A stretch of DNA of 60,634 nucleotides, counting the filler, from Diploschistes diacapsis (taxonomy: Eukaryota): the NCBI GenBank assembly GCA_023645945.1. It is 6 parts of 6 records of this genome, joined end to end, with 100 filler letters (N's around TTAATTAATTAA, not from the genome) between each part and the next. Parts side by side here need not be neighbours in the genome. Positions count along the whole stretch, not along the records: positions 20,268 to 30,290 come from JALAIB010000969.1; positions 30,391 to 40,410 come from JALAIB010000970.1; 4 more parts are not named here. The stretch is one strand, 5' to 3'. This document shows, piece by piece, positions 21,363-33,547 of the stretch. The translations under genes were made by a program, and so were the position numbers. The notes below the pieces were generated by a model. The model was not told the origin of the DNA and made no database searches. It was given only the letters and a program-made list of their open reading frames with translations. Positions within the stretch are counted from its first letter, which is position 1. Every line of letters starts with the position of its first letter.

Positions 21363-23993
21363 ATGTATCTATTTCAACGCGGGAGATTGATTAATAGACC
21401 GTATATGCAAGTGTCGGCTATAAAAGGGCGCTCTGGTCTAGGAAAGAGATTGTTTTCGAATAATGGGACATGTTTTGCTCCGGGCCACGAGAATCTTTCG
21501 GACCCATCACCTGAATATATTCGAAATATCGGGATTATAGCTCACATTGATGCTGGCAAGACGACGACAACAGAGCGTATGCTCTATTACAGCGGTCATA
21601 CTAAATCGCTCGGCAATGTGGATGCTGGATCTACGGTAACCGATTTCCTCCCCGCAGAGCAGGAGCGAGGCATTACCATACAGTCTGCGGCCATCACCTT
21701 TCATTGGCCAGCGCAAACTCAAGTAAAAGGACAGAAATTCACTGTAAACTTAATCGACACCCCGGGCCATGCGGATTTCACGTTTGAGGTTTTGAGGTCG
21801 CTCCGAGTCCTTGATGGAGCAGTATGTATTCTCGATGGTGTTGCCGGCGTTGAGGCGCAAACCGAGAAAGTCTGGTACCAAGCCCGTGCCTATGGCGTCC
21901 CGGCAATATTCTTTGTCAACAAACTTGACAGGGACGGGGCTGCCTTCGGGAAGACGATCAGAGACATCGCTTCGAAGCTGCGCGTTCGACCTGCAGTTTG
22001 CCAAATACCATGGTTCGAGAACGGTAACGGTCCGTTACAAGGCGTTATAGACATCATCCATCTCCGCGCACTTAAGTGGGCCAGAAACAGCGACAGTAAG
22101 ACGATCGAGACTCTCTCGTTGCTCGAACTGGAGTCGCATGAGCGTATACTGGTAGAAGAAGCTAAAAGAGCTCGGAAGGCTCTCATTGATTTGCTAAGCG
22201 AGCACGATGAGTCAATGGTAGAAGCCTTCATTGAATGCGAGGATTATATGGCCATTGCTCCCGAAAGGATCCTGGCGAGCATCAGGCATTGCCTACTCGG
22301 TCTTGGATCAAGCTTTGCTCCTGTCTTAGCTGGGGCAAGCCTAAGGAATATAGGCGTGCAGCCAGTGCTCGACGCAATAACGTCGCTTCTTCCAAGTCCA
22401 GGAGAGACTCCTGATCCCCAATTTCGAGCAGGTTCGACATCTGGTGGCTTGCGAGACTTGGTGCAAGGGAAGATCCCATTAGAACCACGTGCACGAACGG
22501 AGGGCACGGGGATATCAAGAAATAAGAAGACTTCTGGATCGCTAGCTAAAATGGAGAAATTTGAGGCCTGTGCTCTCGCGTTCAAAGTGGTTTATGATCG
22601 GCACAGAGGGGTTCTGGTTTACGTTCGTGTATATCACGGCTCATTGCGTCGAAACTCGGTCATATTCAACACGAATCTTCAGGTACCTGAGAGGGTACCT
22701 CGCACGGTGAGGATGTATGCCTCTGATGCCGTCGAAGTGCCGTCCATCCAGGCTGGTGAGATTGGAGTCATTCCAGGGTTGAAGTACGCGAGAACAGGAG
22801 ACACACTGATCTCTTACTCTGGGATTAATCCTAAAAACGGTCCTCCAGAACCACTCGACGAGCTCCAGCTCCGGCCAATCGATGTACCACCGCCTGTTTT
22901 CTTTGCTAGCATTGAGCCATTCAATCAAGCAGAAGAGAAACAGACCGATGAGCTTCTGAAAATTCTTCTTCGGGAGGATCCAAGTTTGCAGTTATCCACG
23001 AACGAGGATTCCGGACAAAAATGGTTAAGTGGAATGGGGGAGCTGCATCTCGAAATAGCTGCAGACCGCCTGATCAAAGACTTGCGCGCAAGAGCGACGA
23101 TGGGGCAGATCGAAATTGGTTATCGCGAGTGTCCCACAGCTCCAGGTCCTACTCAGACCAGCATTTATGAACGTCAAGTTGCCGGCAAATTCGGGAAAGC
23201 AGGTTGCGAATCAACCATTACGTTGCTTGAAGAGGGCGAGGCCGATGAGGTGGATAGCCTTCTACAGGAAGGGAACGCCATTGCAGTCACTATACGTACG
23301 CAAGTGGTTGAAGGCGATCACTCAGATATCCCATTGCCCGGAGGGTTGTCTCCCGTTCAAGTGCGACATGCCCTCTGCAATGGCGCACTTGCCGCACTTG
23401 CACGAGGCCCTGCGTTTACTTACCAAGTCCACAATGCTAGGGTTCGACTGATGTTTGATCCGAGCAAGCATTTCTTCGGTAACGATACGACGCTGCAGGC
23501 CCTCACCTCAGCGGCGCGCAAGGCTACACAGGCCGCAATGAAAGCTTCGCACGAGGCAGGACCATTTGCCATGGCGGAGCCGGTCATGAATGCGATTATC
23601 AACGTAGACGATGAGACCCTCGGCGCCGTCCTAAAAGACTTGACGTCTTCTCGTGACGGTCAAGTTATATCGTACCAGGATGAGGATATAATCACTGGGT
23701 CTGGGGTTCCAGGGACGCGTGAGGATGTCATCGCAATAGACTTGAAGAAAGTCTATGCACCTCCCGATCCCTTTCAAACCCCATCCCTCGCTAACTTTGA
23801 TACGAAGCAAATATCCGATAACCGTGCAAGAACAATCACTGCCCGGGTGCCATTGAGAGCAATGGTCGGATACCTTAAGCATCTCCGAAGCCTTACTGCC
23901 GGTAGAGGCTCCTTTGTGATGAGCTTTGATCGCTTTCAGAAAATGCCTAGCCACACCCAGAAGTCGGTGGTGAAAAGGCTTCAGGGACTGTGA
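21363..23993 (+). CDS. MEF2: Mitochondrial ribosome-releasing factor 2 (EF-G2mt), intronless
   Basis: [57 protein letters not shown] and [10 protein letters not shown] motifs, with a basic N-terminal presequence-like segment. The degenerate domain IV fits EF-G2 rather than EF-G1. Confidence 0.9.
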   Translation: MYLFQRGRLINRPYMQVSAIKGRSGLGKRLFSNNGTCFAPGHENLSDPSPEYIRNIGIIAHIDAGKTTTTERMLYYSGHTKSLGNVDAGSTVTDFLPAEQERGITIQSAAITFHWPAQTQVKGQKFTVNLIDTPGHADFTFEVLRSLRVLDGAVCILDGVAGVEAQTEKVWYQARAYGVPAIFFVNKLDRDGAAFGKTIRDIASKLRVRPAVCQIPWFENGNGPLQGVIDIIHLRALKWARNSDSKTIETLSLLELESHERILVEEAKRARKALIDLLSEHDESMVEAFIECEDYMAIAPERILASIRHCLLGLGSSFAPVLAGASLRNIGVQPVLDAITSLLPSPGETPDPQFRAGSTSGGLRDLVQGKIPLEPRARTEGTGISRNKKTSGSLAKMEKFEACALAFKVVYDRHRGVLVYVRVYHGSLRRNSVIFNTNLQVPERVPRTVRMYASDAVEVPSIQAGEIGVIPGLKYARTGDTLISYSGINPKNGPPEPLDELQLRPIDVPPPVFFASIEPFNQAEEKQTDELLKILLREDPSLQLSTNEDSGQKWLSGMGELHLEIAADRLIKDLRARATMGQIEIGYRECPTAPGPTQTSIYERQVAGKFGKAGCESTITLLEEGEADEVDSLLQEGNAIAVTIRTQVVEGDHSDIPLPGGLSPVQVRHALCNGALAALARGPAFTYQVHNARVRLMFDPSKHFFGNDTTLQALTSAARKATQAAMKASHEAGPFAMAEPVMNAIINVDDETLGAVLKDLTSSRDGQVISYQDEDIITGSGVPGTREDVIAIDLKKVYAPPDPFQTPSLANFDTKQISDNRARTITARVPLRAMVGYLKHLRSLTAGRGSFVMSFDRFQKMPSHTQKSVVKRLQGL

Positions 23994-24360
23994 AGCCTCA
24001 AAGTCTAAGTACCTAACACTGACATGCAGAGGAGGATTGGGAAGCACAAAGTTCCTTAGGTGGGCTTTGCGATTATGATCGCCTCCACTCCATCGTACTT
24101 TGTTCATGAAAGTTCAATTTAATCTAAAGGGGAGCCATGACGTCCAGCGCAAGAGCTTCAGTTTCGGGTTGGAGGAATTGACCGCCAGCACACAAGCTCA
24201 CATTGCGCAAAAACGCACCATATTGCAGCAGGCGGACTGCAGCTTCCGACGTATCTACGCTCGATCTGCAATTCTTCTCGGTACTTTCATAGATGTGCAT
24301 TATTTCCATCAACAAATTGTCACAGTCTAAATAATTTGGTGTCTTCGTGGGTTTCCTGCC

Positions 24361-25100
24361 ATGGATCCGATTACGTTATATTTCCTGCAAAGTTCTCGAG
24401 CTATGCGGATTTGCCTGGCTTCTCGAGGAACTGGGATTGGATTATAATCTCGAGTACTCTGAGAGGGCCTCGGATGGATTGGGGCCGCCAGAATTCGCCC
24501 AAAAGGCTGGCACGCCGTTGGGGAGATCGCCCACTATCAAGGATGGCGATCTCGTCATGACAGAAAGTGGAGCCATCACAGAGTAATTAACCCTAGTGCT
24601 CCAACCGCTTGTACAAGTCATAGTGAATACCTGTAACTTGAAGATACCTTTGCGAAAAGTACGATCCGCACCAACGGCTCATACCAACGGAGCAGGCTAC
24701 CCCTGTCAAAGTCCGAGAATGGATCCACGCCTCTGAAGGGACCTTCATGCTTCACGCCCTGGCAATCTTATACGCAAGGCGGAGCATGCCGGATGCCCAA
24801 GGCGCTAATGCTTCCGTGTTATCGGCCATGGAGGATTCTTTGAGCAGGAATGTGCAGAAAGATTTTCACTATCTTTGAATCCGAGCTTGGCAACAGCAAA
24901 GGAAAGTTTCTGGTTGGAGACCACGTCACCGCGGCGGACTGCAACATGGTATTCACAGTCGATTTCATTCTCATGAGGGAGCTCGGTACAAGGGGGGAAG
25001 AAAATGGGAGAGAGTAGAAAGGTATTGCAAGGACTGCGAAGCCACTGCTACGTATAAGAAAGCTATTAAGGGGACGAGTCATCATTTCTGGACATGACGG
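24361..25100 (+). pseudogene. Glutathione S-transferase (GTT1-like) with about 3 frameshifts
   Basis: MDPITLYFLQSSRAMRI/AWLLEELGLDY...PLGRSPTIKDGDLVMTESGAITE, intron at 24583, YLCEKYD...EWIHASEGTFMLH...DFHYL/ESELGNSKGKFLVGDHVTAADCNMVF. Frame breaks at ~24412, ~24876 and ~24995. Confidence 0.75.
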
Positions 25101-25504
25101 CAAGATTAGAACCCTTGTAGCAGTGCAAGAATCATATAATACTAATCCATAACGCACCCTGAGGTGTTAGTGTGTATTCGAGACCGTATCAGAAATTGAT
25201 TGCTACGTGATTTATTAGGATCCTAGCCTATTTGTGCCTTGATCAGAGCAGGACAGAAGTGCTGCGGCCCATTGCCTTAGGAAACCGAATACCAACACTG
25301 CAATCGCGATCCATCTCAGAGACTGATTGATATCGGAAACGCAGATCCCAGTTAAATTGGACCGAACATTTTGAACCCGATCGTTGAGATGGTTTCAGGG
25401 GGCATCTTTTCACTGAAGACCTGCTTCGCGGCAAGTACTGTAGAGCAACGCATACTCATCACTAGAGTGTGCTGGCTTCCGACCTGCTCTCCCTGTAAAT
25501 TCCC

Positions 25505-27551
25505 TTACCACGTCTCTTGCTTGTACCTGTCTTCTTTTTCCATTAATTTGATATATATCTCAGCGGCCTCCTGATCAAGCAACGCTTCTTTCTCTAACAC
25601 TGCTACCAATGCTTCTCGCACAGCCTGTGGCATTTTGCCAGAAGAACCACACACGAACACCGTGCCATGCTGCTCGTAAATCAGATTGTGCACTACCCGA
25701 CTATGCTGCCGAATTAGGTCCTGAACATATTGCGTTTTACCTTGATCCCTAGAAAAAGCAGCGAAGACTCGGAGTGAGAAGTGCTTTTGCAATTCAGTCC
25801 ACTCATGTTTAAAGAAGTAATCGGCATGGCGATTGCGGCAGCCGAAGAAAAGAACATTGTCACCTTGACTCAGCTCCGAAGATCCAGTAATCCTTCCTTG
25901 TTGTTCCATAATCTCGTTGTTCCAGGCCAATCTTTGCCAAATGAGCGATCTAATAGGCGCAACGCCTGTACCTGGACCGACCATGAGTATGGGTCTTCTG
26001 AGGTCATTGCGTGTTATGTTGAGTCCTCCTTTCTGCAACAGTGCTCGGAGAGAATCTCCAGCCTGGAGGCCTTCGAGATATCTAGTGCAAACACCTCGTC
26101 GTAACTTACGGATGACAGTTCTATACTTTACAATGGCCACGAGAAGCTCAAATCTGGTAGAGTCATTCTCACCTGCTTTCAGTTTTCCGCCACTAGCGAT
26201 GCTAAATTGTCGTCCTCGAAGCGCGGGCAGTATCTCTGCCACCCATTGCCATGGTAGCTTCACAGTATTAAACTCCTGCAGAACCTCGAGTACGCTCCGC
26301 CTTGGCCGCGTTGTATAGTCATACAGCTCGTCAAGGTATTCAGGGTTTGAAAACTCCGAAAGACGATCCCGTTGTGCTTCATACTGCGTGAAATGCGCAA
26401 GTTGACCGAAAAAATGTCGACCAGGGATTGCATTGAGATCCACCAGTTCGGTAAGCACACGCCGCAAGGTGATGCTCTCAATAGGCAAATAAATAGAATT
26501 TGGCGGCAAAGAATTTGTTGTCACTGAGCACTTCGGGTTAGAGCGAAACTCGATAGACCTGTCAGCGACATCATGCCAGTTCATCAGTTGTATTATATGA
26601 TCGACATCTTCAGTAGCGTTTCGGGGAAAGATTGTGAGCACATCACCGGGGAGATATTCCACTCGGGCAGATGTGAGGAAAGTCAATTTGCGCACATCTT
26701 GCCAGTGAGTCTTGGGCGTAAGACGCTCATTGCTCTCCAAACAGAGCTCAACATATTGGGAATCGCCGGATAACGCCTTCGACACCGCGGTACCGTTCGG
26801 GGTATCATCAGAAGCCCGTACTTTGTCCTTTTGTCGCGAGTCCACCTTCTCGTGTTTCTCTTCGGAGAGCGAAAGAAGCCACTGTGGCTCTAGGAGAACA
26901 TCACCAGGAATAGGCTCCAGGCCTTTCCCCAGTGGAAAATGCTGCATTACATGCATGCGAACTTCATTAGCCCAGGGAATAAAGGCTGAATCGTGACTGC
27001 GATCTTTTAGGCATGCGCAGCTGAAAGACAGGGAGTCTATCCCACCCTTCAGCATGCTGCTGGTCACCCTGCCCCATCGACAACAGCTCTTGACCACCCA
27101 GCTGGACAAGCCGCCTCCGCAGCTTCAATGCAGCCCAATTGTACCTGGTTCAAATGAGATTAGGTCCAAAAGGGGCTTGCCAGATCTCACTTTGGATAAG
27201 AGCTATCACCGAAACCGAAAATGGCGAACACAGGCCTTACCAAATAGTTTGTAGGCAGCTTTTTGCGAAGAAGCTTCTTCCAGAAAAGTCTAGAGTTGGC
27301 AGGAAGCTCACCTTGACCTGTTGTCGCGATACTACAGAGACACAGTTCATAATTCGTCATGGTTTCCTTGAGTTTGTTTCAGCATCAGAAGAAAACCTCG
27401 GGACCAGAGGACGTACAACGTCGATATCATTAAACGCACAAGTACGGACATTGAAACGAAGGCGAGCCAAGATCCGCCCAAGCTCTGCAGCGCCCTCTTG
27501 CGCGTTTCCTGTTTCCGAGCCGTACAGAACTAGGGCAGACCTGGACTCCAT
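25505..27551 (-). CDS. TAH18: NADPH-dependent diflavin oxidoreductase 1 (cytosolic Fe-S assembly), 3 introns near the 5' end
   Basis: Flavodoxin motifs LVLYGSETGNAQE, ATTGQGELP and GFGDSSYPK|FNWAA. FAD/NADPH motifs RQFSIAS, GVCTRYL, MVGPGTGVAPIRS, FFGCRN, AFSRDQ, VCGSSGKMP and C-terminal RYKQETW. Confidence 0.93.
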
Positions 27552-28248
27552 CTTCGAACTCAACCGGTCAAGGAAAGAAATCAACGTTGGTAATACTCCC
27601 CCGGCCTTTCTTAACTTATTCTGCGACGTTGGTGTGTATGAAGAAAGGGTGCGGTATTGCCACGCAGGAGGACCCTTCCTTCCATGTTTGCTTCAGAATT
27701 CGCGCATTGAAGCGGCCATCAATCAAGTTTCTTGCTCGTTAGCTTAGCACAAGTACGGAAAGAAGCCTCCAAGCTGCTGGTACTGTAGAAGCTGTCAAGT
27801 AGCAACAGCCTGACAACAGAACCTGAAGTTTACACACACAGTCCAAAGTTACCGCTACCGGGTAATATAACTTACATGACCGAACGAATCAGCAGTTGAC
27901 GACACAGCATGTTGCTCTGAGTGAATAATCATGTAATTATATATTACTCGGTAATATGAGTAATTTACATGTACAAGCATCCCTGTTAGCGCGTCAGGCA
28001 GGAGCGCCTGAAAATAATTTTTTTCGCCTTTAGCTGCTACAAAAAACCTTGCCTCTCCTTTCTTTTCTCTCCTTTCACTTCAATCAAAGACAAAGTCAAA
28101 TCCATCTCCAAGTCGACCTTTCAAGTTCCCAGTCAATCCACTTCTAGGGCACGTAGCTACCCTATTCCCCCTCGATCAAGTTAGATCCCACAGCCTCCTC
28201 TCACACAGCACTTTCGTCGAATCCTAATATCAGCTCTACGATATCTCA

Positions 28249-29530
28249 ATGTCAGCTGCTGTTGATCAAGTTACTGACTCTATGGCTGCTGCCACTGTTT
28301 CTGACCCTAATACCGTCAACGCCAACGACGAGAGCAACAATGCTCAGATCGATGCTGTCAACGCCATCGTTGCCGAGGGTCGCCGTCTCTACATTGGGAA
28401 TCTCGCGTATGCGACCACTGAGGGGGATCTGAACGATTTCTTCAAGGGTTTCCTTGTGTGAGTTACCCGGCCATTTTGCTCACCTTCGTCATATTCCAAG
28501 GTGAGGGTCACTGACTTGTTGCTGAACAGGGAATCTACCTCTATTCCAACCAATCCTCGTACCACTCGTCCGGTCGGATATGCTTTCGTTGACCTCTCGA
28601 CTGCCACCGAAGCTCAACGAGCTATCTCTGAGTTATCTGGCAAGGAGATCCTGAACCGTAAAGTGTCCGTCCAGCTAGCGCGCAAGCCGGAGACTTCTGT
28701 CGAGAAAGCAGATGGCGTAAGCGGCGGAGAGGGAGCTAGTGGGGGTGAAGGCCGTCGCCGCAATGTTGGGCGTGGTCGTGGACGCGGTCGTGGCCGCGGC
28801 GGTCGTTCTGCGCGTGGTGGACGTGTGAGTTCGAACCTCTGCTCGGCGTATTACGTTTGATAATCGGAACACGTATGCTTACATTCTTAACAAAATTTAG
28901 GGTCAGAACATGGCTCAGACTAACGGCCTGACCGAGACCGATGTGCTACCTCTGACCGATACCACGGCCGAGGCTGCAAATGCGCAGAACGTTCAGGAGG
29001 GTGCTGCCGCCACCACTGACGAGGCACAGAAGACGGCTAGGCCGCGTGCGCCCCGTCTGCCAAGACAGCGTGGTCCCCCCGAGGATGGAATCCCGTCCAA
29101 GAACAAGGTCATGGTTGCCAACCTTCCCTATGATCTCAGCGAAGAGAAGGTACGTTCGGGTTGATACCCCTTGTGCTTCGGTGATGCTAACTGCATACTG
29201 TAGCTGAAGGAGCTTTTCGACGCTTACAACCCGACCGCTGCTAAATTGGCGCTGCGCCCAATTCCACGATTCATGGTCAAGAAGCTGCAAGCTCGCGGTG
29301 AGCCTCGCAAGGGTCGCGGCTTCGGCTTTGTCTCTCTTGAAAACGAGGAACTCCAGCAGAAGGCTGTCACTGAAATGAATGGAAAGGAGATCGATGGACG
29401 TGAGATTGCTGTGAAGGTTGCTATCGATAGTCCTGGCAAAGAAGACATCGACCCCGAGGCAGCTGGTGTCGCACCTCTCACAGAAAACGGTGTCGTCCAG
29501 GCCAACGAGCCTCCCGTCACCACTGCTTAG
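28249..29530 (+). CDS. RNA-binding protein with RRM-RGG box-RRM architecture (Sbp1-like); exons 28249-28457, 28530-28824, 28901-29149, 29204-29530
   Basis: RRM1 has LYIGNLAY and VGYAFVDL. The central region is GRGRGRGRGRGGRSARGGR. RRM2 has VMVANLPY and RGFGFVSL. Introns are GT-AG. Confidence 0.88.
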
Positions 29531-30180
29531 GCTAGTAATTCTCCACCACAGCCTCGTTACCTGCCCCATCCAACTCATTTCCCGGCTACGGTAAACGAGT
29601 GCAAATTGAGAGCTTGGGTGGAAAGGGAAACGTGCATCGTGTGGACATGTTTGCTTGCGATCGTTTATGGTACTTCGGCATTGACACCATGCGATGCTTT
29701 GAGTGCCCCAAGATTCTATGTGCCAGTCTAGCTGAGCATAGTATCAGTGTACTTTTAGTCAGTAACACAGAATTTGTCCTACGATAGGAGCGCAAATGGC
29801 GCAGTATCGGTAAAGACAGATGATCGGATTGCACGTTATATGAGAAACTTGATACTTGCGACCATCGGCATTTAACTGTATATGCAAAGGCGAGACAAAG
29901 CGTCTTCTCAATCGCCTGGTACCGCATGATAGTACATGTAAATATATGTTGCGTGGCATGTCCGTACGAGCTATTAGGCCATGGGTAGGTAGATAGTAGG
30001 CATGTACGGATTATTAGCAGCTTCCGCCAAGCTTCCACTCTAAACTGCGGTAGGGGCCTCTGCGAAGTTGTCCCAGCATTTCCCGCACCGACAATAATGC
30101 ATTGAGGACCCTGATGGTTGTTTCATGGTGACCCTTCAATATCTCCGATTCTACCATCTCGTTCATGGTGGCTCGTCAAG

Positions 30181-30213
30181 ATGTGGGAAGTTGACCCCGA
30201 GACGAAAAGCAAG
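30181..30213 (+). CDS. GCS1: First exon of ADP-ribosylation factor GTPase-activating protein; the remainder is lost in the gap
   Basis: ATG MWEVDPETKSK followed by donor GTAAGC. Matches my recollection of the N-terminus of filamentous-ascomycete Gcs1; only 11 codons are available. Confidence 0.6.
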
Positions 30214-30290
30214 GTAAGCCGGCCGGCCTCCCTTGTCCAACACCCATCCACCCAACCCATACCGGAAATCCAGAATCTCAAGCTACGCAA

Positions 30291-30390
30291 NNNNNNNNNN
30301 NNNNNNNNNNNNNNNNNNNNNNNNNNNNNNNNNNTTAATTAATTAANNNNNNNNNNNNNNNNNNNNNNNNNNNNNNNNNNNNNNNNNNNN
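30291..30390. other. Assembly gap with TTAATTAATTAA linker
   Basis: Same 100-bp N/linker structure as the other gaps. Confidence 0.97.
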
Positions 30391-31373
30391 ATGCAAATTA
30401 TACAGAGATCTAAGTACCTGGCAGAGCCACAGCGAACTAGGCAGAATGCATCATTAACTAGGTAGAATGCATCACTAGGGCGCCACCAAATATATTACAC
30501 AATTTTACAGTAGGCAGAATAAGACAAGCCCGGGGGAGGGGGAACCTCCGCCATTCATACACAATCTTTTACCAGCATATACAAATATGGGGTTCTTGTA
30601 CTTCACGATAGTTAGACCAGCTGCCTTCGACCCCGTCTACGCCGCAAACGCCATGTGTTATAATACCCTTTTAGGTTATTGAATTGCTGCGCGTATCGAG
30701 AACGAACCGCATCCTCCATAAATGCCACTTCCCGAAGTACCAGACTACGTTGTGGCATGCTTGAATTGCAGAGATGAGCATCAGAACTCGCAACGGTCAA
30801 GGTAGATGGTCAAGTGCAGAAGCTCAATCACTCCCCATAGGGGGCCATGGAAATGCAAGCACAAGTTTAAAACGTCCAGTTTGCTATACCTAAAATACTC
30901 GCTTGAACGCCCGAAACCCATAGCATTACTGAACGCTTTTTCGTAGTCTTAGCTAAATTTCACCGAACCCCTTCCCCCCCCCTCCAAATACCGAACAAAT
31001 CTGGTTTGAGAAGGAAAAGCCAAAGGAGAGACAGATTTAAGTCGTGAATGTTAATGTTGGCGAACAACCTGCGCGACAGCCATGCTTGCTGAAAGACAAA
31101 AGAATAAGACCGAGACTGCCGGATAGATCAATTTGATGCAGTCGTAAAGAGATTCCAGTAGGCAGGTCCCAAAAGCATTAGTGTAGAGATACTCACCTTC
31201 GTTTTCGGACCTGGCGGCATTTCCTGCCAAAGCTGTTCTGTGCGAAAGAGATCGGCACGAAGTTCAGAGCTGCTCAGTAAACAATCTGGCAAAAACCACA
31301 GCCTCCTCAAGCCCAGTGCTGTTGAATCCCTGCTCGCCACGACTCGTTGATAGTATTGTAAACTTCAACTACT

Positions 31374-33547
31374 TCACCTCTTCCTCTTCTTGCTGATGGC
31401 ATTAGTACCTTGGCCGGCAGCCATTCCACTGAGGATTGCCCCGGCTGCTTCTGACTCATTGTCGACAACAGTGGATTCGTTGGTCTTTTTGACAGCAATG
31501 CCCATGTGTCGCCCGTAACGCCCTTTGCGTCCATTCCCTTCCTCTTCGCTTATGCATCCTTCGACGCCGATCCCTGCGTCTTTGCAACGTTGGCAAGGTC
31601 GTTGTCTGTCGCATCCTTTCTTGCTCTTTCTGCACCTCTGGCATCGAGGCTTGGTAGAAAGATCGTCTTCATCGGGACCTAGCTGAAGAGGAGGATTGGT
31701 AGAGGCGACGGAGGCTTTTCGGGACTGCGTCGGCAACGACGCGGGTGACATTGGCTGCTGAAACCCAGGGACTGGGGGCTGCTTGAGCTTCTTCGCGGGT
31801 GGCGGAGCAAGCTTGGACAGCTTAGAAGGCTTGCCGGGCTGAGTGCCCGTCCGCGCTTTTCTGCCTCGCGGGATCTTGGGCTTCTCGTTCTGATCTTGTT
31901 CATCTCGTTCACTCTTGAGGTGTCCCTCTTCGTAGTCACCATCGACTTCATCGCCGCTAGGTTCTGCGCTATCGGTGCCCGGCAGCGCCTCACCCGAACG
32001 CTTCCGCTTCTTAGTCGGGCGATCGGACGGCTCAGTGCCCGGTTCAGCCTTGATCACCGGTTGGCTTGTGGGAAGGATAGCGTGCTCGTTGCCTTCACTC
32101 TCGTCGTCAGTGTTGCTAGTTGCGGATGAGGCAGCGTCCGCCCGTCCGCTCAAGCCATCGTCAAAAGTAGAGGCTGAGGTTCTACCATGTGAGAAGTTTG
32201 AAGCATCTCCCAAACGCATCAGCTGTAATGCAACATCCTCATCTGAAATGCAGCTTGCGATGGTAGGATCTGGCGTCGGAAGAATGTTGTGACCTCGTGG
32301 CCAATTACTGGATCCCAGCGAGGATCTGTTAGAAACAGAGGCGCCGCTGCTTCGATCGCGCAAGCGGTGGCCGTGGCTCGGGACAGGTGGTACCTGAAAG
32401 GGCGAGCCCGCCTGAGGAACTCCCTGTACACATCCCATATAACTATCGCCCTGGGAGGATTGCAGTGGTACACTGTAAGTGAATGTGCGCTGGGGTGGCT
32501 TTGCGAATGGTGATGCAACATCGGCTCCATTGGGGCGTCGTTGGGGCGAAAGCGATGAGATAGAGTTTGGTGCCGGTACTTGTGGTGGAACGAAGAGGGG
32601 AAGTTCCTATGATTGTAGATGTTAGTGCTGAAGAGTGGTGTACTGCACCAGGCACTTACGGAACTCTCGAACTTTGCTCGCTTGCGGCGTCCCCCTTCGA
32701 CAATATTGTCCACGCTGATCTCTGCAGTTGCAAGTTGCTCGCTTCGGGCTTTGCGAGAGCCTGAAATCGAGTCTGCGACACCATCACTGCTGCTGTAACC
32801 ATTCTGGACGTCGTTCAGCTCATCCAGCCCAGCCTGGAAGCTCGAAGTCTGGCTCTTGGCGCCAGATCGTGGTCGGCTCTTTGGGTTGTTCGAACTGCGC
32901 CCATGGCTCGGCTTGGGCGAGGCGCTTTGTTTCCTCGACACCCGAGACATTGGGCGAGAGGGAGGCTGACCATAACCAAGAATCTGCGCAGGCTGAGGAG
33001 GAAGCATTAGGGCAGATTCCTCAAGTTCATTTGGCCCCTGAGCTGAGCTGGTGTTGAAGCTCCACGATGGTGGAAGGATTGCATTGCCAGAGTAATCGGG
33101 AACTACCCGCACTGGGACGGTTGTGTTGTCCAGGAAGTTGTCATAACTGGCTATTATTGGGTTGCCATCGTTGTTTTCGAAGCAGACACCCTGAGGATCA
33201 TAAAGTCCGAAGAAACTCTTCACGCTTGCAATGATGGAGTCCGTGCTATCATGTGGATATATCTGAACCCGCATTGGAAGTCGACCCCGAACGTTGCGCT
33301 CGCCGTCGAAGAGCAGTTCGAAGCTGACGGTCTTTGAAGGCTGCAGAGAGGTATCTGTACCATTTGCGGGGTAAGAGCCCTCATTTAAAGGTAGGCCTGG
33401 GTTACGCGACTCGTTATTGACTGTCGATGATGTCGATCGGCGGGTCGGATAAGGGTGCGTGCGTGCAGGTTCTTCTTGGACGTTAGAAGGCGGTTGTCGG
33501 CCAGGATGAGTGTCTGTGTCCTGGGATATCATGTTTGAGACGTCCAT
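31374..33547 (-). CDS. Transcription factor with a C-terminal Zn(II)2Cys6 cluster; one intron at ~32608-32658, start uncertain
   Basis: KPRCQRCRKSKKGCDRQRPCQRCKDAGIGVEGC near the C-terminus. Conserved-looking blocks RLPMRVQIYPHDSTDSII, EISVDNIVEGGRRKRAKFESS|ELPLFVPPQ and ISDEDVALQLMRLG. Ends in basic KKRKR. Confidence 0.85.
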
